DNA from: Vampirovibrio sp.
GTDB lineage: Bacteria > Cyanobacteriota > Vampirovibrionia > Vampirovibrionales > Vampirovibrionaceae
Direction: 5' to 3'
Assembly: GCF_041737375.1 (NCBI RefSeq)
Contig: NZ_JBGSRV010000006.1
Span: 134,022 to 198,021, forward strand
DNA length: 64,000 nucleotides
The translations under genes and the position numbers were made by a program. The stretch's first letter is position 1; each line of letters starts with the position of its first letter. The notes under the pieces were generated by a model. The model was not told where the DNA came from. It saw only the letters and a program-made list of their open reading frames with translations, and did no database searches. Of the stretch, positions 28,374 through 38,929 are shown piece by piece.

Positions 28374-28400
28374 GCAGGCCGCCGAGCCTGTTTTTGTGTT
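28374..28400 (+). terminator. Putative trp attenuator (caggc-N6-gcctg followed by TTTTTGTGTTTT)
   Basis: GC stem directly followed by a U-tract, placed between the leader peptide and the trpE start. Confidence 0.5.
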
Positions 28401-28453
28401 TTATTCCCATTTTTTAGTTTTCAAGTTTAAATTTTAAGCCATCGGAGTCCATT

Positions 28454-29920
28454 ATGCCCCTGACCATAGAAAGTTATCTCTCGGATACGGAAACCCCGGT
28501 GTCACTCTTTCATCGGCTCAACCTGTCTTTTCCCCTCATGTTTTTATTTGAAAGCACCGATGGCGATAACCGGGTGGGCCGCTTTTCCATTTTGGGGCTG
28601 GATCCGGTGTTGAGCTTTCGGCTGAAAAACGGAACCGCCATGATCCAAAACCATCGGGATGGTACCGAGCGGCTGGAATCTTGTACCGATCCCATGGCCC
28701 GCTTAAAAGCCTTGCAGGCCGAAACGCTGCCTGATATCACCCCGCTGCCCGCCTCGTTTGCCGATCTGCCGTTAAGTTCCGGCTGGGTGGGTTATATGGG
28801 TTATGGCACCACTCAGTACTTTGAGCAGATTCCTCAGCCGGAACAGGATGTGCTGAACGTTCCTGATATTTACATGGCCCTGTATGATTCGGTGATTGTG
28901 TTTGATCATTTGTACCGTCGCATTCATGTCATTTCTCACCGGGCCGAATTGGGCGCTCAGGCCCTTTTAAGCACCATTCAAACCGCCTTGCATCGGGAAA
29001 AACATGAGTTGCGCTTGCTGGCCTTGCCCGATATATCGGATGAGCGGGTGTTTGATTCGGTGCAATACGCTACCCCCAAGCCTCGCTTTCTGGAAGCCAT
29101 TCGACAAGCCAAACAATGGATTGTGGAAGGGCAGATTTTTCAAATTGTGCTGGCCCAGCGGTTCTCTCTACCGGTTCAATGCTCCACGCTGGATATTTAT
29201 CGCACGGTCACTGCCATCAATCCCTCCCCCTATGCATATTACCTCAAGTTCCCAGAGTTTACCTATCTGGGTTCTTCCCCAGAAACGTTTATACGCAGCC
29301 GAAACGGTCAGGTGACCTTGAAAGCCTTAGCCGGCACCCGGCCCCGAGGCACTTGCGAGCAAAGCGATCGGGCCTTGACCGATGAACTAAAAGCCAGCCG
29401 TAAAGAAATGGCGGAACACCGGATGCTGGTGGATCTGGGTCGAAACGATATGGGCCGCATCTGTCAGCCGGGAAGTATTGCGGTGGGGGAAATCGCCCAA
29501 ATTTTACGCTATACCCATGTCATGCATCTGGCCACTGAAATTCAGGGAACCTTAAAAGCGGGGTTAAATGGGTATGATGCCCTGAAATGTTGCTTTCCCC
29601 GTGGCACCGTGAGTGGGGCGCCTAAAATTCGGGCCCTGCAATTGCTGGCCAAACTGGAGCCAGAGCAGCGGGGTGTTTATTCCGGGATGGTGGGTTACAT
29701 TGATGCCAATGGCAACGCGGATGGGGCCATCGCCATTCGTTCCGCCCTGATTCAGGATGGCATGGCCCATATTCACGCAGGCGCAGGCATTGTGCATCAC
29801 TCGGAGCCTGAGGCGGAGTATGAAGAAACCCGAAATAAGGCAAAAAGCATGGTAAAAGCCATTCTGATGGCGGAAAGGATGAACGCCGATGTTAGCGCAA
29901 CGCCCCGTGGTGATTATTGA
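28454..29920 (+). CDS. trpE: Anthranilate synthase component I
   Basis: Chorismate-binding family C-terminus (GTVSGAPK, GAGIVHHSEPEAEYEETRNKA) and length of 488 aa. Confidence 0.9.
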   Translation: MPLTIESYLSDTETPVSLFHRLNLSFPLMFLFESTDGDNRVGRFSILGLDPVLSFRLKNGTAMIQNHRDGTERLESCTDPMARLKALQAETLPDITPLPASFADLPLSSGWVGYMGYGTTQYFEQIPQPEQDVLNVPDIYMALYDSVIVFDHLYRRIHVISHRAELGAQALLSTIQTALHREKHELRLLALPDISDERVFDSVQYATPKPRFLEAIRQAKQWIVEGQIFQIVLAQRFSLPVQCSTLDIYRTVTAINPSPYAYYLKFPEFTYLGSSPETFIRSRNGQVTLKALAGTRPRGTCEQSDRALTDELKASRKEMAEHRMLVDLGRNDMGRICQPGSIAVGEIAQILRYTHVMHLATEIQGTLKAGLNGYDALKCCFPRGTVSGAPKIRALQLLAKLEPEQRGVYSGMVGYIDANGNADGAIAIRSALIQDGMAHIHAGAGIVHHSEPEAEYEETRNKAKSMVKAILMAERMNADVSATPRGDY

Positions 29921-30491
29921 TAATTACGATTCGTTCAGTTACAACCTGTATCAGATGACACAGGTGGAAACTGAAGCCCCGGTAAAGATTTACCGGAATG
30001 ATCAAATTGATTTTGCCACCTTGCTGGCCAAAAAGCCGCAACGGGTCATTTTATCTCCCGGCCCCGGAAACCCGGCCATTGCAGCCGATTTTGGGGTTTG
30101 CGCTGATATTATTCAAAATCAGGCGGCGCTGGATTGTCCGGTTTTGGGGGTGTGTCTGGGGCATCAGGGCATTGCGCATTATTTGGGTGGCCGGGTTATT
30201 GCGGCCCCGGAAATCGTGCATGGCGAGAGCCGTTCCATGCAATGCGTAAGCGATAGTGGGTTGTTTAAAGATGTCCCTACAGTGTTTGAGGCCATGCGCT
30301 ATCATTCCCTGCTAGTGGATGAAAGCACCCTGCCGGAGGGGTTGGAAATTACGGTTCGAGATCTGGAAACTGCCATTCCTATGGCCATGCAGCATCGCAC
30401 CCGGCCCATTTTTGGCATTCAGTTTCACCCCGAATCCATTGGCACCCCTTATGGCAAACAGATTCTAAGGAATTTCCTGAACCTATGCTAA
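29889..30491 (+). CDS. trpG: Anthranilate synthase component II (glutamine amidotransferase)
   Basis: Class-I GATase motifs (GVCLGHQ, HPES). It overlaps trpE and trpD. Confidence 0.85.
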   Translation: MLAQRPVVIIDNYDSFSYNLYQMTQVETEAPVKIYRNDQIDFATLLAKKPQRVILSPGPGNPAIAADFGVCADIIQNQAALDCPVLGVCLGHQGIAHYLGGRVIAAPEIVHGESRSMQCVSDSGLFKDVPTVFEAMRYHSLLVDESTLPEGLEITVRDLETAIPMAMQHRTRPIFGIQFHPESIGTPYGKQILRNFLNLC

Positions 30492-31474
30492 ACCGTCAGG
30501 AGCTTCGCCAGCTCATTCATCTGGAATATTCGGAAGCGGATACCTTGCATTGGCTGGGGCAATTAACGCCCGAGGCAATCACCCCCGCTTTATTTTCCGA
30601 TGCGCTGGCTTGTCTGGAGGAAACCGTCTTGCCGGTTGCGCTTCCGGCGATGCCTGTGATGGATTGTTGTGGAACCGGTGGCAGTGGGCTGCCGCATTTT
30701 AATACCTCCACCACGGTGGCCTTTATTTTGGCGGCGGCGGGCGTGCCCGTCGTTAAATTTGGCAACCGGGGCTTGAGTAGCCTGAGCGGTAGTTTCGATT
30801 TGCTGGCCCAATTGGGCTTTTCAGCGCCACTGGATTTACGGCGAATTCCTGAAGGGCTGGCGCATTGTGGACTGGTTTTTCTATTTGCGCCGCAGTGCTA
30901 TCCTCAGTTGGCCCCCTTTAATCAATTGCGCCGTCAGCTTAAAACCAGAACCCTGTTTAACTTTTTGGGGCCATTGTTAAATCCGGTGAAACCAGCTTAT
31001 CGGTTGCTGGGCGTTTCTCATCCGCTTATGCAAACCCAAATGGCCCATTATTTGGCCAGCACCGGCGTTTGTCAGCGAGGCTGGATCGCTTGCGGGGAAT
31101 CCGGGCTGGATGAGCTGGAAATTGCTGCTCCCACCCGTGTTTTTGAGATTCAAAAAACGCACTATCAGGAAATGACCATTCCGCCTTTTGTAATAGAAAC
31201 TGAAACAGAAAATAATCCAGCTCTTCACCCTATCGGCCCACATAACCCGGTGGAGAATGAGGCCATTTTGATGCGCTTGTTTCAAAATCAGGATCAGCAA
31301 TCTCCTTACTATCAAATGGTGTGTTTCAATGCGGGAGCGGGCCTGTTGATTGCCGGAAAGGCAAGTTCTCTGGCGGCGGGGGTGCAAGAGGCCAAAGCCT
31401 TGCTGCGGGGTGGAAAAGCGTTGGAAAAATTGAATGAATGCCGGAGGTTTTATGAATCGTTTTCCACCCGGTAA
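30485..31474 (+). CDS. trpD: Anthranilate phosphoribosyltransferase
   Basis: The CCGTGGSG P-loop-like motif (DCCGTGGSG) and the family length. Confidence 0.85.
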   Translation: MLNRQELRQLIHLEYSEADTLHWLGQLTPEAITPALFSDALACLEETVLPVALPAMPVMDCCGTGGSGLPHFNTSTTVAFILAAAGVPVVKFGNRGLSSLSGSFDLLAQLGFSAPLDLRRIPEGLAHCGLVFLFAPQCYPQLAPFNQLRRQLKTRTLFNFLGPLLNPVKPAYRLLGVSHPLMQTQMAHYLASTGVCQRGWIACGESGLDELEIAAPTRVFEIQKTHYQEMTIPPFVIETETENNPALHPIGPHNPVENEAILMRLFQNQDQQSPYYQMVCFNAGAGLLIAGKASSLAAGVQEAKALLRGGKALEKLNECRRFYESFSTR

Positions 31475-32249
31475 GGTACTGGATACCATTGTGGCCCACA
31501 AAATTCAGGAGGTGGCCGCACGCAAGGCCCAGCTTCCCTTGGCAGACTTTCTACCGCAGCTGCAGAAAATTACCTCTCAACCTTTGGAAACCGCCATTCG
31601 GCAATCGGCGGGTAAAAGCGCTTTTATTTTAGAAATCAAACCGGCCTCGCCCTCTGCGGGCCAATTGAAAGCTACTCTGGATTTAGATCCGTTACTGGCC
31701 CTGTACACGCAGTATGGGGCCGCCATTTCGGTACTAACCGATCAAACTTATTTTGGAGGGAGTTTGGGGTTACTGCAACAGGTGGCGAAGCAGGTTTCTT
31801 TGCCGACCTTGTGCAAGGATTTTGTGATGGATCCCTATCAGGTTTATGAAGCCCGAAAAGCAGGGGCCCAAGCGGTTTTACTGATTGTGAAAGCCCTCAG
31901 TGATTCGCAGTTGAGCCTGCTGAATCAGTTGATTTTGGACTGGGGCATGACCCCCTTGATTGAAGTGCAGGATGAAGCGGAAGTGGATCGGGCTTTGGCG
32001 GTGAACCCGTCGATTTTGCTCATTAATAACCGGGATCTGCAAACGCTGACCATGGATCTCTCCACCACCCATCGGTTGGCGCCCCGTATTCCAGATTCTG
32101 TTTTAAAAATTTCGGCCAGCGGCATGCAAACGCGGGAAGATATTTTGCGGCTTCAGGATTATTGCGATGGCTTTTTAATTGGCTCTACCCTCATGCGGGA
32201 GCCGACCCCCCTGGCGTTGGAAAAAAAGTTACAGGGCCTACTGACATGA
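31434..32249 (+). CDS. trpC: Indole-3-glycerol phosphate synthase
   Basis: IGPS TIM-barrel motifs (LEIKPASPS, LINNRDL). Confidence 0.8.
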   Translation: MNAGGFMNRFPPGKVLDTIVAHKIQEVAARKAQLPLADFLPQLQKITSQPLETAIRQSAGKSAFILEIKPASPSAGQLKATLDLDPLLALYTQYGAAISVLTDQTYFGGSLGLLQQVAKQVSLPTLCKDFVMDPYQVYEARKAGAQAVLLIVKALSDSQLSLLNQLILDWGMTPLIEVQDEAEVDRALAVNPSILLINNRDLQTLTMDLSTTHRLAPRIPDSVLKISASGMQTREDILRLQDYCDGFLIGSTLMREPTPLALEKKLQGLLT

Positions 32250-32938
32250 CCCCACCTGTGGTTAAAATTTGCGGAATTACCAATGTGTCCGATGCCATGG
32301 CCGCCATTCAAGCGGGTGCGGATTGGCTGGGCTTTATTTTTGTACCAGACACGCCCCGGTTTATTACCGTGGAAACTGCCCAGGCGATTCTGCAAGCGGT
32401 GCGATCCCAAAGTCCCCCAACACAATGTGTAGGGGTGTTTCAAAATGCCAGTGCGGAAACCATTCAAGCGCATTGGGCTGCCTTGGGGCTGGATCAAATT
32501 CAGTTGCACGGCGATGAAACGCCTGCCTTCTGCGAGCAATTACCCGCTCCGGTGATCAAAACCCTGTTGCTGCAACCACATTTATCTTTCTCAAATTTGA
32601 GCACCACCGCAATGGCTTACTTGCAAGCGAACAATGTGAAAACCCTACTGCTGGATTTACCCAAAAACAGTGCGGTGAAAGCGGTGGGAAGCTTGCCTGA
32701 TGCTGTGGGCTTAAGGTCGTTTTTATCCACCTTTCCCAGTTTGTTGGCGGGGGGGGTAACGGCGGATAATCTCCAGAGCGTATTGGAGCAATTTCAGCCG
32801 GTGGGGGTGGATGTGGCCTCTGGGGTTGAACAAGCGCCCGGACAAAAAGATGTAGAAAAGATGAATCGTTTTTGCCAAATCATTCAAAATTTTAAATCGC
32901 AACCCAACCATGGAGATCCTTTGTCATGCAATCCCTAG
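32246..32938 (+). CDS. trpF: Phosphoribosylanthranilate isomerase
   Basis: [12 protein letters not shown]... is a PRAI N-terminus. The ATG at 32246 overlaps the trpC stop (ATGA). Confidence 0.75.
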   Translation: MTPPVVKICGITNVSDAMAAIQAGADWLGFIFVPDTPRFITVETAQAILQAVRSQSPPTQCVGVFQNASAETIQAHWAALGLDQIQLHGDETPAFCEQLPAPVIKTLLLQPHLSFSNLSTTAMAYLQANNVKTLLLDLPKNSAVKAVGSLPDAVGLRSFLSTFPSLLAGGVTADNLQSVLEQFQPVGVDVASGVEQAPGQKDVEKMNRFCQIIQNFKSQPNHGDPLSCNP

Positions 32939-34110
32939 GTTTTTTTGGCCCCTATGGGGGCATTTATGTACCAGAGCTGTTAATGCCAGCCCTGGAAGAA
33001 CTGGAAGCCGCCTTTTTGAATATTCAAGATGATGCGGATTTTCTGGCGGAATATCAATCGTTGCTGAAGCATTATGCAGGTCGTCCTACACCGCTGTATG
33101 AGGCCAAAAATTTATCTAAATTGTATGGCGCGCGTGTTTTTTTAAAGCGGGAAGACTTGCTGCACGGGGGCGCTCATAAAACCAACAATGCCATTGGGCA
33201 AGCCTTGCTGGCAAAAGCCATGGGGAAAACCCGGCTGATTGCCGAAACCGGGGCTGGTCAACACGGTGTCGCCACGGCCATGGCCGGTGCCTTGCTGGGC
33301 ATGAAAACCGAAGTGTACATGGGCGCCGTAGATATGGAGCGCCAGCAACCCAATGTATTTCGGATGCGGTTGTTGGGGGCCACGGTTCATGCGGTGGAAA
33401 CCGGTTCCAAAACCTTGAAGGATGCCATTAATGAGGCCCTTCGAGATTGGGTCAGCAATTTGGGAGATACCTATTACCTCATTGGCACGGCTGCCGGGCC
33501 TCATCCTTACCCCACGCTGGTGCGCTTTTTTCAGCAGGTAATTGGAGAAGAAGCCCATCAGCAAATGCTGGCCCAGGCGGGTCGATTGCCGGATAAAGTA
33601 GTGGCCTGTGTGGGTGGGGGCTCCAATGCCATTGGTATTTTTCAGGGGTTTAGAAATACCTCGGCCCAATTGATTGGGGTGGAACCCGCTGGTTTGGGCT
33701 TGGAGACGCCTCATCACGGGGCGGTTTTGGCCAAGGGAACGCTTGGTTGTTTGCATGGCATGAAAAGTTTGGCGTTGCAGGATAGGGATGGTCAGGTTCA
33801 TGAAACCTATAGTATGGCTGCCGGACTGGATTACCCGCTGGTTGGGCCGGAGCATGCCTATATGCAATCCACGGGGGAAGCCACTTATGTTTCCGCTACC
33901 GATGCCGAGGCACTGGCTGCTTTTCATACGCTGGCCAAAGCGGAAGGGATTTTGCCCGCTCTGGAAACCTGCCACGCATTGGCGTACGCTGAGGTGCTGG
34001 CCAAAACCATGTCTCCCGATCAAATTATTTTAATTAACTTGTCGGGTCGTGGGGATAAAGATCTGCATCAGGTAATGGCCCAACAGGAGAACGCTCATGT
34101 CCACGCTTAA
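32926..34110 (+). CDS. trpB: Tryptophan synthase beta chain
   Basis: The PLP-lysine region [16 protein letters not shown], the GGGSNAIG motif, and 394 aa. Confidence 0.9.
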   Translation: MQSLGFFGPYGGIYVPELLMPALEELEAAFLNIQDDADFLAEYQSLLKHYAGRPTPLYEAKNLSKLYGARVFLKREDLLHGGAHKTNNAIGQALLAKAMGKTRLIAETGAGQHGVATAMAGALLGMKTEVYMGAVDMERQQPNVFRMRLLGATVHAVETGSKTLKDAINEALRDWVSNLGDTYYLIGTAAGPHPYPTLVRFFQQVIGEEAHQQMLAQAGRLPDKVVACVGGGSNAIGIFQGFRNTSAQLIGVEPAGLGLETPHHGAVLAKGTLGCLHGMKSLALQDRDGQVHETYSMAAGLDYPLVGPEHAYMQSTGEATYVSATDAEALAAFHTLAKAEGILPALETCHALAYAEVLAKTMSPDQIILINLSGRGDKDLHQVMAQQENAHVHA

Positions 34111-34918
34111 ACTGCAAAATCAGCAGCGTTATGAAAAACGATTCGCGCAATTAAAACAGGAAAACCGGCATGCCATGATTCCGTTTATTTTGTTAGGCTG
34201 GCCCAACCCGGAAGTTTGTTTGAGCATGATTGATGCCTTTATCGCAGGCGGGGCCAGCGCTTTGGAATTGGGGATTTCTTTCAGCGATCCGGTGGCGGAT
34301 GGTCCACTCATTCAGCAAGCGGCCCGTGAAACCATGGATGCTGGCTTTGATGTGGATCAGGCGATTGTATTGATTCGAAAAATTCGGGAGAAACACCCGG
34401 AAACGCCCATCAGTTTACTGGTTTATTACAATTTGGTGTTGGCCCGTGGGGTGGAAAAATTTTGTAGCGATATCGCCGCCGCAGGCGTGGATGCGCTTTT
34501 AATTGCCGACTTGCCGGTGGAGTGCATCGCTGAAATCAAGCCTGCCATAGATGCTTGTGGCCTACAGCTCACTTCTTTAATTTCCACCCTCACTGATCAG
34601 AGCCGCTTGCCAAGCATTGTTGAACACTCAGGCGGGTTTTTATATGCCGTTTCCCGCTTGGGCGTAACGGGTGTGGAGGAACGCTATGATTCAGGTCTGG
34701 GCGAGTTGTTGAGCCGGGTTCGCGCTTACTCGGATTTACCGGTTTGTGTGGGCTTTGGTATTTCCCAGCGGACGCATGTGGAGGCCATGGTGAAGCTGGG
34801 AGCGGACGGCGTAATTGTAGGCTCTTCCGTGATGTCAAAAATTAAGGCCTTGGCCCCGGCGTATGCCACGGCGTCCATCGTGTCTTATATTCGGGATCTA
34901 TCAGCGCCCGTTGTTTAG
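34097..34918 (+). CDS. trpA: Tryptophan synthase alpha chain
   Basis: TrpA TIM-barrel motifs ([20 protein letters not shown]). Overlaps trpB. Confidence 0.85.
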   Translation: MSTLKLQNQQRYEKRFAQLKQENRHAMIPFILLGWPNPEVCLSMIDAFIAGGASALELGISFSDPVADGPLIQQAARETMDAGFDVDQAIVLIRKIREKHPETPISLLVYYNLVLARGVEKFCSDIAAAGVDALLIADLPVECIAEIKPAIDACGLQLTSLISTLTDQSRLPSIVEHSGGFLYAVSRLGVTGVEERYDSGLGELLSRVRAYSDLPVCVGFGISQRTHVEAMVKLGADGVIVGSSVMSKIKALAPAYATASIVSYIRDLSAPVV

Positions 34919-34940
34919 TGTCATAAAACAATTTACGCTA

Positions 34941-34996
34941 GGAAGCGGGCCAGTGTGTAACCAGCCCGCTTCCCAGTGGTTTGTGAGTGTTTTTTA
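34941..34996. terminator. Hairpin (ggaagcgggc-N13-gcccgcttcc) between convergent trpA and the beta-helix protein gene; possible bidirectional terminator
   Basis: 10-bp perfect inverted repeat, with a U-tract about 18 nt downstream on the plus strand and T-rich on the minus side. Confidence 0.4.
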
Positions 34997-36277
34997 TTTA
35001 CTGGCGGTTGACTGTTGGGGCCCAAAGGCGGAACCATTGACCTGATTGTTGTTATAAACCACATTGGTGCTGCCAGAGGTATAGCCAATGTATTTTTTAT
35101 TGGCAATGTTGCTTAGCTTGTTACGGGTAATGGTTAACCCTGCAATATTGCCATTAACTTGGGCAATGGCTGGGTTGCCCGATGTGTTTGTGATGCCGTT
35201 GAAGGTATTGTTATCGAATTTTACGTTTCTTGCGTTTACCTTCACGCCGTTGGCATAAGGTTCTGTACTGAAACGTAATCCTTTTCCAGCGTTTGTTATC
35301 ACGTTATCGGCAACGGTGTAGTTTTCACCCCAGTTGAAGGAACCGGTGGCATTGGTATTGTTATAAATATTCATGGCAAATTCTTGAATGTTCTGGAGCT
35401 GGTTGCCACGAATTTCGACGTTGTTATAGTTGTTGAGTTCAAGCCCATAATGACTGCCACCATTGATTCGGTTGTTCAGAATTTTAATGTCTTTGGCCCC
35501 AGCCGTTCTGCTTGCGAATTTAATGGAGCCTCTCAGGTTGTAGAACACGTTACTTTGCAGCAAGAAATTTTGAGTGCCGCCATGCAGGGTATCAGTGGTG
35601 GTGGTAGAGAGCTGGTAGATATTGTTAAACAAATTATTCAGCACTTGTGTATTGCGGCTGTTCACGCCCCGAATGGGATCCCGCTCATGGGTGGCTACCC
35701 GCAGGGCGCTGTTGCCGAAATTGAAAAATCCGTTATTTTTAATGACCACGGTATCGCAAGAACCGAAATAAATGCCCTGATCAGACCATACCGGGTCGCT
35801 GTTCTTGGTGTAATTCGTGGTGCCGTAAAACTGCATACCTGCCACGGATACATTTTTACTGTAGGTGATGTGCATTAAATATTCGCCGCCAGTGGCCGAA
35901 TTCCAGCCGGGGTTTTTAATGAGCTGGGCTGGGCTGTTCAGGTTGGAGAGAAAATTAACGTTTTGCAGGTTGCGAACGGTTAACTGGTTGGTTACAAAGT
36001 ACTTGCCCGGTGCCATGTTTACGGTCCATACCCGGCTTTTGTCTTTTAGGGTGGCCAAATAATTGAGGGCGTTTCTCAAGTCCGTGGTGGTGGCGCTAGG
36101 GGTGCTGCCGGGGGAAATGCCGATGCTTCTGGCGCCCGCGTCGAGCTGGTAAGCAAACGCGCTTTGCTGTACCAACACCAAACCGACCAGGCAGGCTAAT
36201 GAAAGGCTGAGAGATTTTTTCATTGTTGACTCCATCATTGATAATTCGTTGCAAGGCCGGAAGAAGCTGACCCGCAA
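34994..36277 (-). CDS. Secreted right-handed parallel beta-helix repeat protein (pectate-lyase-like fold; possible polysaccharide lyase or adhesin)
   Basis: Signal peptide followed by ~8 periodic Asn-rich beta-helix coils (NNxF/NN motifs, e.g. VIKNNGFFNFGNS, LNNLFNNIYQ, ILNNRINGGSHYGLELNNYNNVEIRGN). Confidence 0.55.
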   Translation of the reverse strand: MRVSFFRPCNELSMMESTMKKSLSLSLACLVGLVLVQQSAFAYQLDAGARSIGISPGSTPSATTTDLRNALNYLATLKDKSRVWTVNMAPGKYFVTNQLTVRNLQNVNFLSNLNSPAQLIKNPGWNSATGGEYLMHITYSKNVSVAGMQFYGTTNYTKNSDPVWSDQGIYFGSCDTVVIKNNGFFNFGNSALRVATHERDPIRGVNSRNTQVLNNLFNNIYQLSTTTTDTLHGGTQNFLLQSNVFYNLRGSIKFASRTAGAKDIKILNNRINGGSHYGLELNNYNNVEIRGNQLQNIQEFAMNIYNNTNATGSFNWGENYTVADNVITNAGKGLRFSTEPYANGVKVNARNVKFDNNTFNGITNTSGNPAIAQVNGNIAGLTITRNKLSNIANKKYIGYTSGSTNVVYNNNQVNGSAFGPQQSTASK

Positions 36278-36659
36278 GCGAGAGGGGAGGGATCGTTAAG
36301 CTACAGATTACTGACAAACCCAGGTGAAAGTTAGATAAAGCCGAGCTTCCATCGACAGTAGGTCACTCATTCCAGTGCGAAAGTAAATGGGTTCTTTTGT
36401 TTTTATAATTGCTGGGGCAATGTGCTGTCAAACTCAGGCATGGAAATTATTTGGCGGGCAATGTGGTCAGATGGGGCTTCATTTCTGGGCTTAAGGCTAT
36501 TTTATTTTTTTTGGGCTAAATACTTCAAATCAAGTAGAAAGTCTCTGCCCTATACGCAAACAGCGGAGGTTCCCAACTGGAAAAAATAATGGAATTTTTG
36601 CTGTATTTTAAAAATCCAATAGATTTCATGGCGATAACCTCGTTAAAATTTTAGGGATG

Positions 36660-38804
36660 TTATTTACCGTAGAAGTCTCTCAGGATAACTCCAAACGGTG
36701 TAGACCCCATGCGTTGAATTTTTTGGGCGGCCAGTGCCATATGGGAAGCTTCCGTTTCACCATTGGTCAGCAGTAGCAATCCATCCACATAACTGGCCAA
36801 TATGGCGCAATCGGGTGCTTTTAAAATGGGGGGCGCGCTGATTAAAACCCAGTCATAATCCGTTTTCAGTACATTTAAAAGCACATCAAAACTTTTGGCG
36901 TTTAAAAATTCAAAGGTGCTATCCATAACCAGTCCCGCATTCAGGTATTCTAGCTGGGCATGGAGGCCTGAGGGGGTAACTGCTTCGTTGACCAGTTTCA
37001 AGACGTCTTGCACTTGTACATCGCTTTTACGATAAAGCAATTCGGAGACGCCATTAATCAGTTCGGGCAAACCCCGTTCGTAATCCAGGCTGTGATTGAA
37101 GGCTTCGTGCAGGCCCGGATGTCGGAAATCGGCATCAATCAACAATACTCGATCGCCCCCTTGAGCCAGACAAATGCCTAAATTCGCTAAAATAACGGCA
37201 TGCCCTTTTTCGCCTAAAATTTGGGAAAAAACCAACGCGTTTTTTTGCAACGTATTTTTTCGCATTTTAAGATTGAAGGCTACATCCTGATAGGCTTGAA
37301 TTGTCTTCGAATCGAGATCTGGATCGGTGATCTCCAGGCGGGCCCGGCTTCGATAGTAACGCCATTGCTCATGCGTTAGCCAGGGAATGGAACCGACAAT
37401 TGGCAAGCCCAAATCCTGTTCGATGGATTCAGGACAAAGCCGCCGGTGCTTGGCCACTGCCTGACCCACCACGGCCACAGAACTTATAACCAGACCGGAA
37501 AGTGCCGCCAGTAAAATAACTTGCCAGCGTACCAGCCCCGTCGGCTTCTGAGGCAAATTGGGCGGGGCAACGACTATCAGATTTTGATGGGCCATGGCGC
37601 TGGGCGCCACGGGAGGGAGGATGACCTTTTGGGTATGAGTTGTTGGGTGCAGTTTTGGTTGTTGAGGGTGGGTTGTTAAAGCAAGGGTGGCATGGGATGT
37701 AGCGGGTTGATGGCTCGCCGGTTTTTGAATTTGATGATATTGCGCCCGCAGTGTTCCCAAACGAGAGCGTAAAGCGGTGGCCTCGGCATCGGCTAATACC
37801 AGTCGGCTTACCAGTTCTGTACGAACTCGATCTTTAATAACACCTGTGGCAGCAGAAGAAGATTGAGGCACATGCCCAATGGTTATAATTTGCTGGTCGG
37901 TAACTTGTGATTTCAGCGCCTCAATTTTACTTTGCAGCCGAATCATGTCCGGGTTGGTTGGGGCGTACACCAAGGCTTTGGCGCTGTAGTCCTTTTGTGA
38001 GTCATGGAGTTGATCTTGTAGCGTGTTCAGCCTGTGATCCTGGCCTTTGGCAACGGCCTGCATCATACTTTCTAAACTCGATTTCCCGATTTTTAACTGC
38101 TGGCGAATGCGTGTTGATTCCGCCTGTTTTTGCGCCAAATCCGCTTGCGTAATTTTAATTTGTGAATCCAGACTGCTCAGCTGTTGTGCTTGCCCATCCC
38201 GCTCAGCCGGGATTCCTAAATGATTGGACATGCTTTGAGCGGCTGTTATTTTTTGCTGAAGAGCCGCCAAAGCCATATCGGCCTCATGAGTTTGCTCGGC
38301 CAGCATGTTTGAGGGCTGCCCGCCTTCCTTTTTAAAAAGTGGGCCAGCTACCGTTACATAGGATTCCAGATACAAGCGGGCCAGCTTTTGAGCGCGCAAC
38401 GGGGTATTGGCTTTGGCTGTCAGCGTGATAAAACCGGTTTCTGGCGTGCGCTTGGCACTCAAGACATTTCCAGAAAAATGGCTGATTTTAAGGCCCTTAA
38501 GTTCTGTTTTTTCTGTTTGAAGGCGTTGCGCCACCTGATTTAAAACCAGCTCGCTGTTGAGTAATTCTTCCTGATTTTTATAAGGGTTTAATACGGATCC
38601 AGTGGGCTGATCGCTTAAATCTAACATTATCTTGGCGGTTGACTGATAAGAGGCCTGAAAGCAAGCCCAGTGTAACAGGCCCGCTGCTATCGCTAATAGT
38701 AGGCTGGTTCCTGTAATCCAAAGCCAGTGCCGAGACAGGGCCTTTTGGGCAAAGGCCGCGTCAATTTTTGATTCGCTGTAATAGGCTTTGTGATCCGATA
38801 GCAC
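36660..38804 (-). CDS. Polysaccharide co-polymerase / BY-kinase-like protein (Wzc family) with degenerate Walker A
   Basis: N-terminal Wzz-like TM plus periplasmic coiled coil, a second TM, and a C-terminal CpsD/MinD-like domain with Walker A' (VLLIDADFRHP) and B (VLISAPP). The Walker A reads GEKGH instead of GEGK[ST], and there is no C-terminal Tyr cluster. Confidence 0.6.
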   Translation of the reverse strand: MLSDHKAYYSESKIDAAFAQKALSRHWLWITGTSLLLAIAAGLLHWACFQASYQSTAKIMLDLSDQPTGSVLNPYKNQEELLNSELVLNQVAQRLQTEKTELKGLKISHFSGNVLSAKRTPETGFITLTAKANTPLRAQKLARLYLESYVTVAGPLFKKEGGQPSNMLAEQTHEADMALAALQQKITAAQSMSNHLGIPAERDGQAQQLSSLDSQIKITQADLAQKQAESTRIRQQLKIGKSSLESMMQAVAKGQDHRLNTLQDQLHDSQKDYSAKALVYAPTNPDMIRLQSKIEALKSQVTDQQIITIGHVPQSSSAATGVIKDRVRTELVSRLVLADAEATALRSRLGTLRAQYHQIQKPASHQPATSHATLALTTHPQQPKLHPTTHTQKVILPPVAPSAMAHQNLIVVAPPNLPQKPTGLVRWQVILLAALSGLVISSVAVVGQAVAKHRRLCPESIEQDLGLPIVGSIPWLTHEQWRYYRSRARLEITDPDLDSKTIQAYQDVAFNLKMRKNTLQKNALVFSQILGEKGHAVILANLGICLAQGGDRVLLIDADFRHPGLHEAFNHSLDYERGLPELINGVSELLYRKSDVQVQDVLKLVNEAVTPSGLHAQLEYLNAGLVMDSTFEFLNAKSFDVLLNVLKTDYDWVLISAPPILKAPDCAILASYVDGLLLLTNGETEASHMALAAQKIQRMGSTPFGVILRDFYGK

Positions 38805-38929
38805 AGCTTATCTCTTCCTTAACCTGAGTGTTGTAAAGTCAGCCAAGCGCTCCATCAATCCGCTACGACATACCCCTTTCATTTAAACGGTTTCCGGTGG
38901 ATTCGGTATCGTATGGATGAAGGAATGTC

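Noticed and set aside
33142-34023. 293-aa minus-strand ORF
   Set aside because: Completely embedded antisense in trpB, with no RBS or family resemblance, so it is spurious.
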